This document shows, piece by piece, positions 13,701-24,000 of a stretch of DNA of 64,000 bases. Source of the DNA: Tubiluchus corallicola. Lineage: Eukaryota; Animalia; Priapulida. The number at the start of each line of letters is the position of its first letter. The first letter of the stretch is position 1. Under the pieces are notes generated by a model. It worked only from the letters and a program-made list of their open reading frames with translations, searched no databases and was not told the DNA's origin. The stretch covers positions 1-64,000 of the forward strand of contig JAQGDQ010000738.1 of NCBI GenBank assembly GCA_030141605.1. Direction: 5' to 3'. The translations under genes and the position numbers were made by a program.

Positions 13701-14857
13701 GTCAGTCTCGTGACTCGGAGCCGAGTCCGCCCCAGAGAGCTCCCGGTTCTTACTCCAACTTGTTTGACGGCACTTCCGACGTCCGGAACGCATTTCAGGC
13801 TACACCGAAAGATGTTCTGTCCCCTAGGAAGTCTCCGTATGGACATCGTCATCTGAAACCTACACAGTCTCCAGGTGGAGACAGTCGGGATAGGTTAATT
13901 AATAGTCCAGGTGTGACAAGGGGTGTCGGCCAGCAACCACCACCTATTCCGCCACATAAGAGAAGTTTAGGTAGTGGTTATGACGCTTCACGTAGTTCTC
14001 AGACAAGCCACGCAATCTCGGACAGACAATCTGAAATGAACTACAGGGGGCAGCAGTTGCGAGTCCATTCTGCGCCAGATCAACGAAAGGCATACGGCAG
14101 TTATGCGCCTAGCGAATTTGATAGCCATCGTAGTGGTTACAATTACACGCCAGACATACACAATCCAAAAGCTCATGTTAGCGAATATCAACGTAGTTCT
14201 AGTCACACTCCGGATTCAATGTTGTGCCGCGAACATCGTCGACCTCAGCATCGACATCCAGATGTTTATCGTGACGAAGACGACGACGAAATTTCACGTC
14301 CTTCCGCTCCGTTTTCGTATATTCCGGAGTTGTCGCGCTCGAACGACATGGCAAACATTCGCGCGTCTCTACGCTCCGTGTCAAAAACTAACGACGGTCG
14401 ACCGAGCCGGGGCGGTAGCTATCAGCCGCTTAACACCAGTGAGCCGCAGGCCGAGTTTCCTCGTGCAATAGACCTTCCCAGAACTAGGGTAGAATATGTG
14501 CCATATGGTGTGCGCAGTATAGATGCCGATCAGCATACTGGTCCGCATCGGACCGAATCTTATAAGGGTGCAGTGAGCAACGAATTACGAACTCGGCCAC
14601 AGCGAGTTGACCACGTCGATCATCCGACGAGGCAGCATGTCGATGTCGGTGGTCACGGGTCAAGGGCTCACCGGAAAAGCCCGGCTACTCGACCTAAGCA
14701 GCCGTTGTCGTTTACAAAAGCCTTAGAGGTCAGTGAAGCCGTAGATCAGCCTTTCCGGGGATCGCATCCGGCTAGACCAATACTAAAGGGATATAGGAGT
14801 CCCGACTCCGAAGTGCCACCTAGCGACTACGATACGAACTACGAAATATCGGTATGA
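143..14857 (+). CDS. ZDHHC8: ZDHHC5/8-family S-palmitoyltransferase, spliced, 5' end outside window; join(143..270,1876..2030,3800..3981,6621..6723,8227..8318,11260..11398,13631..14857), ~674 aa visible
   Basis: Phase-consistent GT-AG exons give DPG, the Cys-rich domain ([21 protein letters not shown]...[20 protein letters not shown]), [16 protein letters not shown] and C-terminal YEISV, all characteristic of ZDHHC5/8. Confidence 0.95.
1386..1844. mobile_element. hAT-type MITE family A
   Basis: Terminal inverted repeats (TIRs) CAGG(C/G)ATGAGAA...TTCTCATCC(T/C)TG; exact 8-bp TSD GCTTTAAC. Confidence 0.9.
1876..2030 (+). CDS. ZDHHC8: ZDHHC exon (N-terminal half of Cys-rich domain)
   Basis: tgtag acceptor; [51 protein letters not shown]; gtaagt donor. 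Confidence 0.95.
2084..2372 (+). mobile_element. retroposon 3' tail family G; second copy at ~29212-29480
   Basis: Two similar copies with GGGCT..AGCCC hairpin and (AAT)n/AATAAA tail. Confidence 0.6.
2957..3040. mobile_element. family E MITE terminal fragment (inverted)
   Basis: Reverse complement of the right end of 28304-28803. Confidence 0.7.
3800..3981 (+). CDS. ZDHHC8: ZDHHC exon (catalytic DHHC, TM3)
   Basis: tttttag acceptor; [36 protein letters not shown]...; donor GTATCTTTT (U12-like). Confidence 0.95.
4028..4375 (-). mobile_element. solo-LTR-like repeat family H
   Basis: Second copy at 47490-47834; minus strand has TATATAA, AATAAA and ends CAACA; no clear TSD. Confidence 0.6.
4654..5005 (+). 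mobile_element. LTR retrotransposon 5' LTR plus primer-binding site, internal region lost
   Basis: TGTTAC...GTTACA (4654-4986) with TATAAAA and ATTAAA; followed by TAGTGTCAGAAGTGGGAT, matching a tRNA-Leu PBS (TGGTGTCAGAAGTGGGAT). Confidence 0.75.
5221..5310. repeat. ~26-bp G-run minisatellite, ~3.5 copies
   Basis: CTGGGGAAAGTA.CCCGGGGAATATA. Confidence 0.75.
6240..6552. mobile_element. Tc1/mariner-pogo (Tigger-like) MITE family D
   Basis: TIRs CAGTCAACCCTCGTTAAACCGGAC...GTCCGGTTTAACGAGGGTCGATTG; TA TSD; splits the end of an older element. Confidence 0.9.
6621..6723 (+). CDS. ZDHHC8: ZDHHC exon (TM4, TTxE motif)
   Basis: [34 protein letters not shown]; gtaagt donor. Confidence 0.95.
6944..7437 (-). 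mobile_element. SINE3: 5S rRNA head, RTE-LINE-like body, (CAA)n tail
   Basis: 7317-7437 is a full-length reverse-complement 5S copy (CCTGGTTAGTACTTGGATGGGTGACCGCC); TSD (GTC)AGCCTT; tail GATGCCAACAACAA. Confidence 0.88.
7317..7437 (-). pseudogene. 5S rRNA-derived sequence (SINE head, not a functional rRNA gene)
   Basis: Colinear with metazoan 5S, but box A is altered and no oligo-T terminator follows. Confidence 0.85.
7659..7728. repeat. (AAT)n microsatellite
   Basis: Directly visible. Confidence 0.95.
7827..7982 (-). mobile_element. tRNA-derived SINE with Meta-like core, 3'-truncated
   Basis: Minus strand A box TAGTCTAGTGG, B box GTTCGAATC, then GGGTCATACCAAACACTTTAAAAATG. Confidence 0.75.
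8227..8318 (+). CDS. ZDHHC8: ZDHHC exon (NPF/PaCCT region)
   Basis: [31 protein letters not shown], includes the GCCxN di-cysteine. Confidence 0.95.
8980..9875 (-). mobile_element. hAT (Charlie/Buster-type) transposon 3' remnant with decayed transposase C-terminus
   Basis: Terminus CAGTGGTTTTCAACC; minus strand 9346-9562 reads [49 protein letters not shown]...QQQPSH* (hATC dimerisation domain, one stop, one frameshift). Confidence 0.85.
9563..9850. mobile_element. Tigger-like MITE family D nested in a hAT transposase remnant
   Basis: Same TIRs, TA TSD. Confidence 0.9.
10070..10610 (+). mobile_element. LINE (CR1/L2-group-like) 3' end, family F
   Basis: End of ORF2-like frame (KVWNEI...[10 protein letters not shown]) plus 3' UTR ending AATAAA(TGACTTA)n; three copies. 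Confidence 0.7.
10605..11178 (-). mobile_element. solo-LTR-like repeat family I; partial copy at ~43583-43997
   Basis: TTATG...CATAACA termini; ~400 bp nearly identical to 43595-43997; terminal hairpin ATGACAGCCCT/AGGGCTGTCAT. Confidence 0.6.
11260..11398 (+). CDS. ZDHHC8: ZDHHC exon (start of cytoplasmic tail)
   Basis: Polypyrimidine plus tgtag acceptor and gtatgt donor; phases 2 to 0 bridge the flanking exons. Confidence 0.8.
12460..13534 (+). mobile_element. Kolobok-type non-autonomous DNA transposon family B
   Basis: TTAA flanks, AG...CT termini with TIR AG(G/T)A(C/T)AAGA(A/G)A; three copies in window. Confidence 0.78.
12537..12982. mobile_element. hAT-type MITE family A, nested in a Kolobok-like element
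   Basis: Near-identical to 1386-1844, both TIRs present, TSD not evident. Confidence 0.85.
13631..14857 (+). CDS. ZDHHC8: ZDHHC terminal exon, disordered tail ending YEISV*
   Basis: ttttcag acceptor; 409-codon open frame; PDZ ligand EISV as in ZDHHC5/8. Confidence 0.93.
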   Translation, partial: VTKLPNHYNVFEMDDELSLQNRQSQSRDSEPSPPQRAPGSYSNLFDGTSDVRNAFQATPKDVLSPRKSPYGHRHLKPTQSPGGDSRDRLINSPGVTRGVGQQPPPIPPHKRSLGSGYDASRSSQTSHAISDRQSEMNYRGQQLRVHSAPDQRKAYGSYAPSEFDSHRSGYNYTPDIHNPKAHVSEYQRSSSHTPDSMLCREHRRPQHRHPDVYRDEDDDEISRPSAPFSYIPELSRSNDMANIRASLRSVSKTNDGRPSRGGSYQPLNTSEPQAEFPRAIDLPRTRVEYVPYGVRSIDADQHTGPHRTESYKGAVSNELRTRPQRVDHVDHPTRQHVDVGGHGSRAHRKSPATRPKQPLSFTKALEVSEAVDQPFRGSHPARPILKGYRSPDSEVPPSDYDTNYEISV

Positions 14858-15188
14858 TGGGCACGTGGCAGCTGACAGTTAGTCGTTCAGTGCCTGTTCT
14901 ACAAGATGCGTACAGTTGTAGTATGAAGTGAGATCTTACATATTTTTGCTGAATTGCCCACAAACCTTTGGCCTTATGTGATGACCTTTTTTCCAGTTTT
15001 TATTAGTTTTTGTTTTAATTATGGGAACCGGGACAATAATGTCTGAATTTTTTAACCAGTGTAAGTATATGTTGTAAAACGGTATATTTATCATGTTGTA
15101 AGAGTTTCTCTCTGTGGGAGGAGTTTTGTTAACTGCAAGTTAAGCTTAATTTGTTCTCGTGGTGAATGGCGAACAACAAAATAATGTA

Positions 15189-15642
15189 CCGTATTTTCCC
15201 GTGTATAAGAGACCCTTTTTTGCTCAGAATTTTCACTTTAAAAATAGGGGGTCTCTTATACATGGGAGTAAGTCTTTTCAATAAGATGCATAAATTGTGA
15301 CACTAATGATTTTAAAGAAATAAGTGCTTTACAACTGTTTTGCGTGTCGCATTCGACTATGAAGCGGTTGTAAGCAATACAAGCATCGTGACACAGGCAT
15401 TATCTCCTCGTTTTCTCTTTTCCTGTTACAGGTTTGCAGGTACGCACTTTAGTATATACCAGTACTCTTTTTCTACAACACATTAACTGGTTTTATTTTA
15501 TTTTCAGTACCGCACTGAGTTGAAAAAAGTTGTACTCTACCCTCTAAAAATGTCCGTCTGAAAAAACTTTTTTCCAGAATTTTTGCCTAAAAATTGAAGG
15601 GTCTCTTATACACAAGGGTCTCTTATACACGGGAAAATACGG
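15189..15642. mobile_element. Tc1/mariner (Tc2/pogo-like) MITE downstream of the ZDHHC stop
   Basis: Perfect ~27-bp TIRs CCGTATTTTCCCGTGTATAAGAGACCC, TA TSD. Confidence 0.9.
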
Positions 15643-15731
15643 TAGTCACATTTTGTAATTTTATTTTGTGTTATTACTAACGCAAATACACATCACATTT
15701 ATTTTAAATCTGGGCATTAAATGGAGCAGTG

Positions 15732-16140
15732 TTAAAGCAAGACAGGACCCAATCTTAAACTGCCGGTCAAAACAATCTACTCTTTAAAGTGTTGAAAGGA
15801 AACATAGTATTTTTTCAAAAATGACTTACGTGAAAGAATTATTTCATTATTACATGCATTTCGCCATTTGGTAGTTAGACAGGCACTAGCGCCTGCATTT
15901 CAGGAACACATTGCACAAAAGACAGGTGCTGTACCTCTCAATTCAGGTAAACACAATGAATTTTTATCTTAAAACTTGCCTAGTTTTAGTACAACACCCT
16001 GAATATCTTATAATAACACTGTACTTCAATTTTCGCTTTCGCAAACACGTGTAACACGTTCATGGAGTATTTTTGTTGTTGAAAATTATGTTAGTTTGTG
16101 ATGTCATCAATAGTTGGTTAATTAATTAAGTTTTTAATCT
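15732..16140 (+). mobile_element. dispersed repeat family K (TTAA|AG start, Kolobok-like); partial copies also at ~35020-35440 and ~52277-52610
   Basis: Shared gttaaagcaa...cccaatcttaaactg and cgccatttg...gcactagcgcctgcattt blocks. Confidence 0.6.
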
Positions 16141-17130
16141 ATAATTTGTGTGCCTGCATATCAAAACCGTCCATAAGTGGGCATAGTTAAAACTATGTTA
16201 TGATGCTTCGAAGTAGAATGACTCAAAAATTTAGCCAAGTGTCAATTTTTTGTTTTTTATAAAAACCAACGCTAAATATATTGAACTTTTATGTTCTAGT
16301 ACCAAATTATCAAGAAAGTGTTCAAAAAACACTAAAAATTTTATTTTATAACTCCTTACCCACTTTTCTGTCTAGAAACTAGCTCTGCAATTGTAAGAAA
16401 CTCGTATTTTCAGACTCCGGTAGTAGCTCCAGGAAGCTGTCATTTTGCTTCGGGTTTTTTCTGTTGACAAGCCCAAGAAACATAACTCAATCTTTTCTTG
16501 TAAAGTCCGTAGCAACCAACGTTTGTACGGTTGCTAAGTATTTTGTAGAAACACGACGAAAAACAATGGCTGACTTTAACAGCGATTTTCTCAAGATTAT
16601 GTTTTTCAGTATGCAGCCTGTAGCTCAACTTCAATGTGGATTATCTCAGCTTAGAAATAATCAAAATGATCCTCATGAAATGGAAATTCAGGATATGTGA
16701 ATGACTAGAAAACATTAATTACCGACTTATGGACAATTTTGCTATGCAAGCACACATTTAGTTATCAAAAACGCTTTTGCAGTATTAATTGTATACTTTT
16801 GATCGGACTTGAAAATGAGGCAGTATATGAAAAATCATCCTGTCTTTCTTTGATAGGAAACAGGTATGTGTAACATTTGCAGTGGAATTTTTGTCACTGG
16901 TACGATTACTTGCATTAAGATCATGTGAATTATTATTTATTAATTTTATTATTTTATCAGTTGAGCATTTCAATCTGGTTACTTAAGAGGATGACGAAAT
17001 CTCATCTACGTTAAATAAAGACGTTTTTGTCATTTTTGGAACTAAGGATTATTAAAGTACCATATTCTATTTATGGCTTTGTTCTATACATATCACATAA
17101 TTTCGTGAGTTGCAGCTATTATGTTTTAAC

Positions 17131-17724
17131 CAGTGGCGGCTCATAGGTGAAATTACTGGGGGTGCTGCTTCAGAAAATGTTTAGCCATTGTTTTAATACT
17201 GTGTAAAACTTAACAAACATATGCAATTTTAACGTTGTAGTTATTTTTAGAGATCGGGTGTTGAACGGTCTCTTTTCTTAACTGCGACTTTCTCATGGAG
17301 AGACAAATGTGAAAAATTAAGCTGTTATAGTTCACTTACAGTCACAGAACTTATTTCTTGGAGATGCAAGACGTCCATTATTAAATAATTTGTGTTTTAA
17401 GCACACACAATAAGTTTACACTTTATCATATCCAAGAATATGAGGGTACAAGGTAAGCACGTGACAATTGTTGCTGTAATAGACACAGTACTTTTCTACC
17501 TAGCAACAGACGATAGCCTACAGCATGTTATTTCAGCCATGTGCGCATGGCCTCATGCCCTTAAGCCACACACTACGTTGTTTTTCCCTCACATACTCCA
17601 GTACTCCAGTTCTGCACAAGTATAAAGAAAGAACTAAAGAAAAAAGACTTATTATATTGAATATTATCGGTAATAATGAGTGAAAACGGGGTGTGCTGCA
17701 GTACCGATACATAAGCCGCCACTG
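17131..17724. mobile_element. MITE family M (CAGTGGCGGCT TIR, probably hAT)
   Basis: TIRs CAGTGGCGGCT...AGCCGCCACTG; degenerate 8-bp flanks. Confidence 0.7.
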
Positions 17725-20700
17725 TTTTTTACTCTATCTCACAACACTAAACTTGCCGACATTGTATGTATTTATTTACATTATTTCTCCCCTCAGGTCC
17801 TTGTGTCGTTAATATTTTTATGCTATTCCACTTTGAAGGTGGCTAAGTGAAATTATGTAAATTGAGTTACTATTAACTTATTATTGTATAAAATATTGAG
17901 CCAGTTAAAGGAAAAATAAAGGAGTTGTCGTGTTTGTCTAAGTATTTGCTTTTAAAACTTCTCTATCTGTTTTAAAATTGTTTTCTGAGAAAAGGTAAGT
18001 ATCTGATTTGTTGCTGACTTTAATGTTGTGGCAAAATTTATTGTTAAAATTGAAAAAGTTTTGTTCCTATTGGTCACTAAGTTCCTTTCTAACATGTGGT
18101 TCCTTCTAGTTGCTTATAGTGTCCTAATGTTGATGCACGTTTCATAACTACTTGTAGTGGCTTAGCATAGTCTTGCACAATCAACAGATGAATTACATCG
18201 ATCCCATGCCGTAAATTATAAAATATAATAACTCAATAACTCGCATCATAAATGTTTAAACAGCCACTTGTATTATATTTTATTAATTCTTCCTCTTGAA
18301 ATAAAGTTTAACAATGTTTTTAAAAATTGAAATTCGCACAATTCTCTACCATGTTGTGTTTGCATTTAGATATATAACAACAACACTATCAATTTTATAT
18401 TTTTGTTTTTTCATCCAGTTTGCCATACACAATTTAACTATCTAAACAATTAAACAATTATCTAGCATTCACTAGCAAGACCTACTACTAATTTTGATTG
18501 CGGGGTGACGTGACCTCTTAATGCAACTTTCTCTATCGTGTAGAGTAATTTGTTGAGACACTGAGTCGGGATGACCACAATGATATTTTGGATCTGTATA
18601 CACCCTCCTAGAAAGAGACAAATAGACAGAAGTATTGAAGTAATTACTGGGAGTTCCTGTCAGTTTAATAAACAAGCCTGTTGTTGCTTAATTATCCAAG
18701 CCAATTCAATTTTAATTTATTTCTCTCTTTATAATGCTACAATAAAACATGATTAATAAAAGAATCTCTAATAAGTTTTGAAAAATGGTTAAAATGTACA
18801 GATAGATCTAGAACTAGAGAAAGGATAGCGAAAAGACTATAAAGTCACCTAGTCTGCTATCCTTTATCGAATATAGATAAAAAGATTTTTAGACACTGGT
18901 GGGCATTAATGTTATCAGTTTAATTTAGGAAACATTAATAATTTTAAAATTATGACATTTGCTATATAATTAAGTAATCCAGAGTAAAGAAAATACATGT
19001 ACTTTAATTAGCGGGCAACAAAATAAGGTCAATCTTGATTAAACTAAAAACAGCATTTATATTTTATGTGAAATACAGGTCAAGATTGTTGTGAAATGAT
19101 AAAAACACTTTGGGTTAATAATGCTATTAATCAACAACAGGAATTAATACATTTTGATTTGAGTTCAACTTCATCATTTCTAGGCTTATTGATTAAGAAC
19201 ATGTCTAGCGACGACTCAGCTATTTTGCTATAATTAATGCTGAAATGGCCGCCAAAGTTTACATCAAGTTTTGTAATAATTCCATTCTATTGTATCACGT
19301 ACATACACTGTCTTCTCACCACGTTCGAAGTATATGGCATTCATCTTCTGTACTGCTCCGCTCACTTTAAAATTTCAGTTATATTTTTTCTATTATAGAC
19401 TTGTAACTTCGTCATGTAAGTATTTATTGTTGGTTCATTCAGTTTATGTTTTCAGTGCTGAATTCAGTCCTTGTGTATGTTCATTTTTATATCCGTTATT
19501 ATTTATTGTGTCTTTGTATGCTTATATCCATTTCTGATAGTTTTTTGTTGATGGGAATTTATTTATGGCCACAGGCATAATTTTGGTCAGGCAGAGACCA
19601 GACTTTGACCACAAAACAGGAAAAGTAGTTTCAACTTTTCTCGTTTTTTATTGTTTAATTTGTTTGAATAGTTTCATTAAGATCAGTCCTTCTAGATATG
19701 AAGTAATGCAGTAAAACTCATTGTTATTAAAACTTATATGTTTGAGTACAATATAGGCGAGAAACCTTTCAAACATCTAGCAGAATATGCTCTTCATTGT
19801 CTCATGCCCCCCTCCCCCCCCCACTGAGCAATGTAATTTGTGAAAGAATGCAGCCAAGTGTCAAAACAAAGTTTCGCAACAGAATGGGGCACCAAAGTGC
19901 TCAATACTATCATCAGAATTAGGACAATTTTAAAATTTAGAGAAAAATGTTGCACTGATGATGAAGCTACCCAGGAAATGTCGGAACTTTTCAATATGGA
20001 CGTGTATGAGGACCTACTACTATGCCTACTATTCAATGAAAACTTTTTACCTAAAAAAATTAAACAATGAAAATAAGCAAATATGTTTTATGTTTCGCTT
20101 AGGCTCAGAGGCTCGAGTAGAGGGGCTACCCTCTTGATGGCCCTGATGAATGATAAAAATTGATATAAATCATACATGTACACATATCTACACATTTCAG
20201 TGTGGTCAGTGTGAAAATTTGGCCACTGTCCTTTCCATTTGGCCACACAGATTTATTTTGGCTATGCACTATGATTGACTCATGGAACCCTGGTATCTGC
20301 TTTCTTCGCTCCTTTTGTCGGCAGATGTTTCCCAGATTTCAAGTTCTGTTTTAATTGCATAACAGATTTTGTACATTCTATATTGTCTGTCCAACTGTCT
20401 GAAAATTTTGTTGTTGTATGCTAAAATTTTCTTTGTGTTTCTATTTTCCTGTGCTTTAGACTTATGCTCTTTTTACGTACTTGTTCCTTGTCCAAAATTT
20501 TAATTGACCGCCAAGGATTTGCTTTTGCTGCAAGCGTGCGAGTCGGCGCGGCAGGTTAAAAAATTAGCTAAAAGTGAATTGCGCCAAGTATCATTCGAAA
20601 ATCGTCAAGATTGCTAGTTATGAAGTGACTTTTGGTTCTTACGTCATGGCTCATCCAATTCGGTGCTGAGTTTCCTTGAGTTTTTGAGAAACTGTTAGCT

Positions 20701-21094
20701 TATAGTTACCAATAATAGGGAAATTGTTGTGGCAAGCTGCACATTATTCGTTCGCTAAGTATGGTTTTTGTTATGAATTTGCCTTCTGTCTTTACAGTTT
20801 CTTACGGTTAACCATGGTGTACTACTACTGGAAGTAGGACAGTATGCCAGTACATGACTGTACGTACCCATGACCCACTCACCAAGTACGATTATCCCTG
20901 GAGAAATTTGTTGGCTGTGTGAAAGTTTTGTTCGGCTGATTCTAGAATCACTGTCTTAAATCTTGACAAATGTTGAAGTTTTATTGGCTTAAATAGATTT
21001 GTTAAATTGAAAAAAATATTTGTTTCAAGTAGGAGTTTTTGTCAATAGTGCTCAGAACAGCAGTAATGGTGTTGTGCAGTTCAGATTTTGCACG

Positions 21095-24000
21095 ATGTCA
21101 ATGTACTATGGTGTTATAGCCAGAATGCAAACACCGCCTCCAGACGGCTGGGGGAGTCACGGGAATCCCGGTTCCGAGTTTCCACCCGTAGAATCACCTT
21201 CAGTTTCCTTTTCACAGCCTGCGACACCAACCCGTGTGATTTCTGACACGTATTCGTGGTTGTCATCTAGCGTTACATCAATTCCTGTCTGGTTAGGGAT
21301 TCGAAAGGCTGCATTACCAAAAACACGGAATGTGATTCCAAATCATAGTATAGATGAACCAGTGACAAAGCCTAGTCATCCAAACCACTCATTTCATAAT
21401 AACAAAGTGAAGACCACAAAGTATTCCATACTTACCTTCTTACCAAAGAATCTTTTTGAACAGTTTCATAGGTTTGCAAACTTGTATTTTGTATTTATCG
21501 TTTTGTTAAATTTCGCGCCTGCGATAAATGCGTTTGGCAAAGAAATTGCCATGATTCCTGTGATAGCGGTATTGTGTGTTACAGCGGTGAAAGATGGTTT
21601 TGAGGACTATCGTAGATATTTATCTGACAAAGAAATCAATCACATGACCTGCAGAGTTTATTGTAAGTGTGATAAGCGGTACGTAAAAACGGAGTGGCAG
21701 GATGTTTATGTTGGAGACATTGTTCACTTATCTTGTAATGAGGTGATACCTGCTGACATTTTATTCCTCCGGTCAAGTGATGACCAAGGAATTTGCTTTC
21801 TAGAAACTTCCAATATTGATGGTGAGAGTAATCTGAAACAGCGGCAGATTGTCCGTGGTTTTGTGGAGCTGCAAGAGACATTTGACCCTCTAAAGTTTTC
21901 CAGCACAATTGTGTGTGATTCGCCAAATAGTCAGATATACAAGTTTACTGGATCTGTTGTGCAGGCTCACCGAACTGAGGATGTTCCAGTTAACAAAGAA
22001 AACCTTTTACTTAGGGGCTGCGTTCTGAAAAACACTGATTATGTAGAGGGCATAGTCGTTTATGCTGGTCATGAAACAAAGGCTATGCTAAATAATGATG
22101 GTCCAAGGTACAAGCGTAGCAAACTGGAACGCGCCATGAACCGTGATGTTATGTGGTGTGTTGTGATACTAATCGTCCTTTGTTTATTTTGTGCTGTTGG
22201 TAGTTGCTTGTGGTTAGAGGGTTACGGCTCTGATTTGCAGTTGCCATTTATTCCCCCGGGTTCAGTTGACAGGGAAAGATTGGGTTACCAAGGTTTCGTC
22301 ATTTTTCTGACTTACATCATCGTTTATCAGGTGATTATTCCTATATCTCTCTACGTGTCGTTAGAAATTGTCAAACTTGCTCAGGTTTACTTTCTTAATC
22401 TGGACTTGAAGTTATATCATCCGGCTAGCGATCGTAGGCTGGAATGCCGCGCTTTCAACATTACCGAAGAACTCGGACAAGTACAACACATATTTTGTGA
22501 CAAAACGGGAACGCTGACAGAAAACAAAATGATCTTCCGCAAATGCACGATAGCGGGAAAAGATTATCCTCACTTGCCTGCTGTTAACGAAGAGGCTTCC
22601 AAGGAAGTACCTTTAGTACAAATAGCTACAAATCTGCCACAAATAAGTAAATCAGCTTGCAATAGTGACGGACCTTATCAGCCCTCTATAGTGAGCCCTT
22701 TAGAAGAGTCCATTACCTCTCAGGCTGAGGATAGTAATCTTAACGAGTTCTGCATTGATAGCTGCCTCCAGCAGGAAGCAGCTAACATTTGCTACGAGAC
22801 AACTCTTGGAATTCCCGGAGACCGGTCTGATTTCAATAGTCTTCAAGACTTTCTGTTGGTTATGTCAGTTTGTAACACGGTCGTTGTTAGCAAGCGCCCT
22901 CATGGCGATCAGATGAATGAAAGCGGTGAGGTCGATTGTCGACCCAGACCGTTCTCTGCGATTGAAAACAAATTTGGTTTCTTCGCCCCGATTCCTAAAT
23001 TGTATAGACGAATTGTTTCTTCTTCCGTTCAAAAAGATGGCACTAATGAGAAGTATCTTAAGTCCCCTGATCCAGATTTAGTGCCAGAGCTGCATTCGAA
23101 ACATTTTTTTGACTTTGATAAATTAATAAGCAAACAGGCCGATGCTGAGACAGTTGCTTACTTCGAAGCCGAAAGTCCGGATGAATTGGCATTGGTTTAT
23201 GCTGCTAATGTTTACGGCGTACGTCTTATTAAACGCACTCCGGATATTATTTCTGTTCACCTTCCTGGAGGCGGAATTGTACATTTCAACCTGCTGCATG
23301 TTTTGCCATTCGATTCATCCCGAAAGCGCATGTCGGTCCTTGTTCGGCATCCCGACACGAACGAAATTATTCTCTATACCAAAGGTGCAGATTGTGCAAT
23401 AATGGGTGAATTGGCGCCCGTCAGAGATCTCCAGTCGAAGGAGATGGTTGACAAAACATTTGAATTATTGAACGTTTATGCGCAGCAAGGTTTACGGACA
23501 TTGTGTCTTGCTAAACGAGTGCTTAGTGAAGAAGAGTATGGCGACTGGTTGGTATCACAACATGCTGCTGAAACTGCCATCGAAGAACGAGAGAAGAAGT
23601 TATACGAGTCTGCTTGTCAAATCGAAACGAATTTGATGTTGCTAGGCGCAACAGGAATCGAAGATCGCTTGCAAGATGGTGTTCCTCGTTGCATCGCTTC
23701 GCTACGCGAGGCTGGCATTAAAGTCTGGGTTCTGACTGGAGATAAAAGGGAAACGGCTATAAACATAGCAAATGCTTGCTACTTGTTTTCGCCACAAATG
23801 GAAGTAATGGTACTGTCTTGTCGGAGCAAAGATGCCACGGAATCGCTGCTTCAGGCGTATAACGTTCAAGTGAAAGTTGCATCACCCGATAATAAGTTTG
23901 CACTGGTTGTCGATGGTCACACACTTGTCTATGCGATGCACAAAGACTGTGCAATGTCATTTTTGGAATTATCCAAGTATTGTGAAGCTGTGCTTTGCTG

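Noticed and set aside
21020-21094. ORF-track N-terminal extension of the P4-ATPase
   Set aside because: Begins at TTG; the first ATG is at 21095 and no upstream coding exon could be supported
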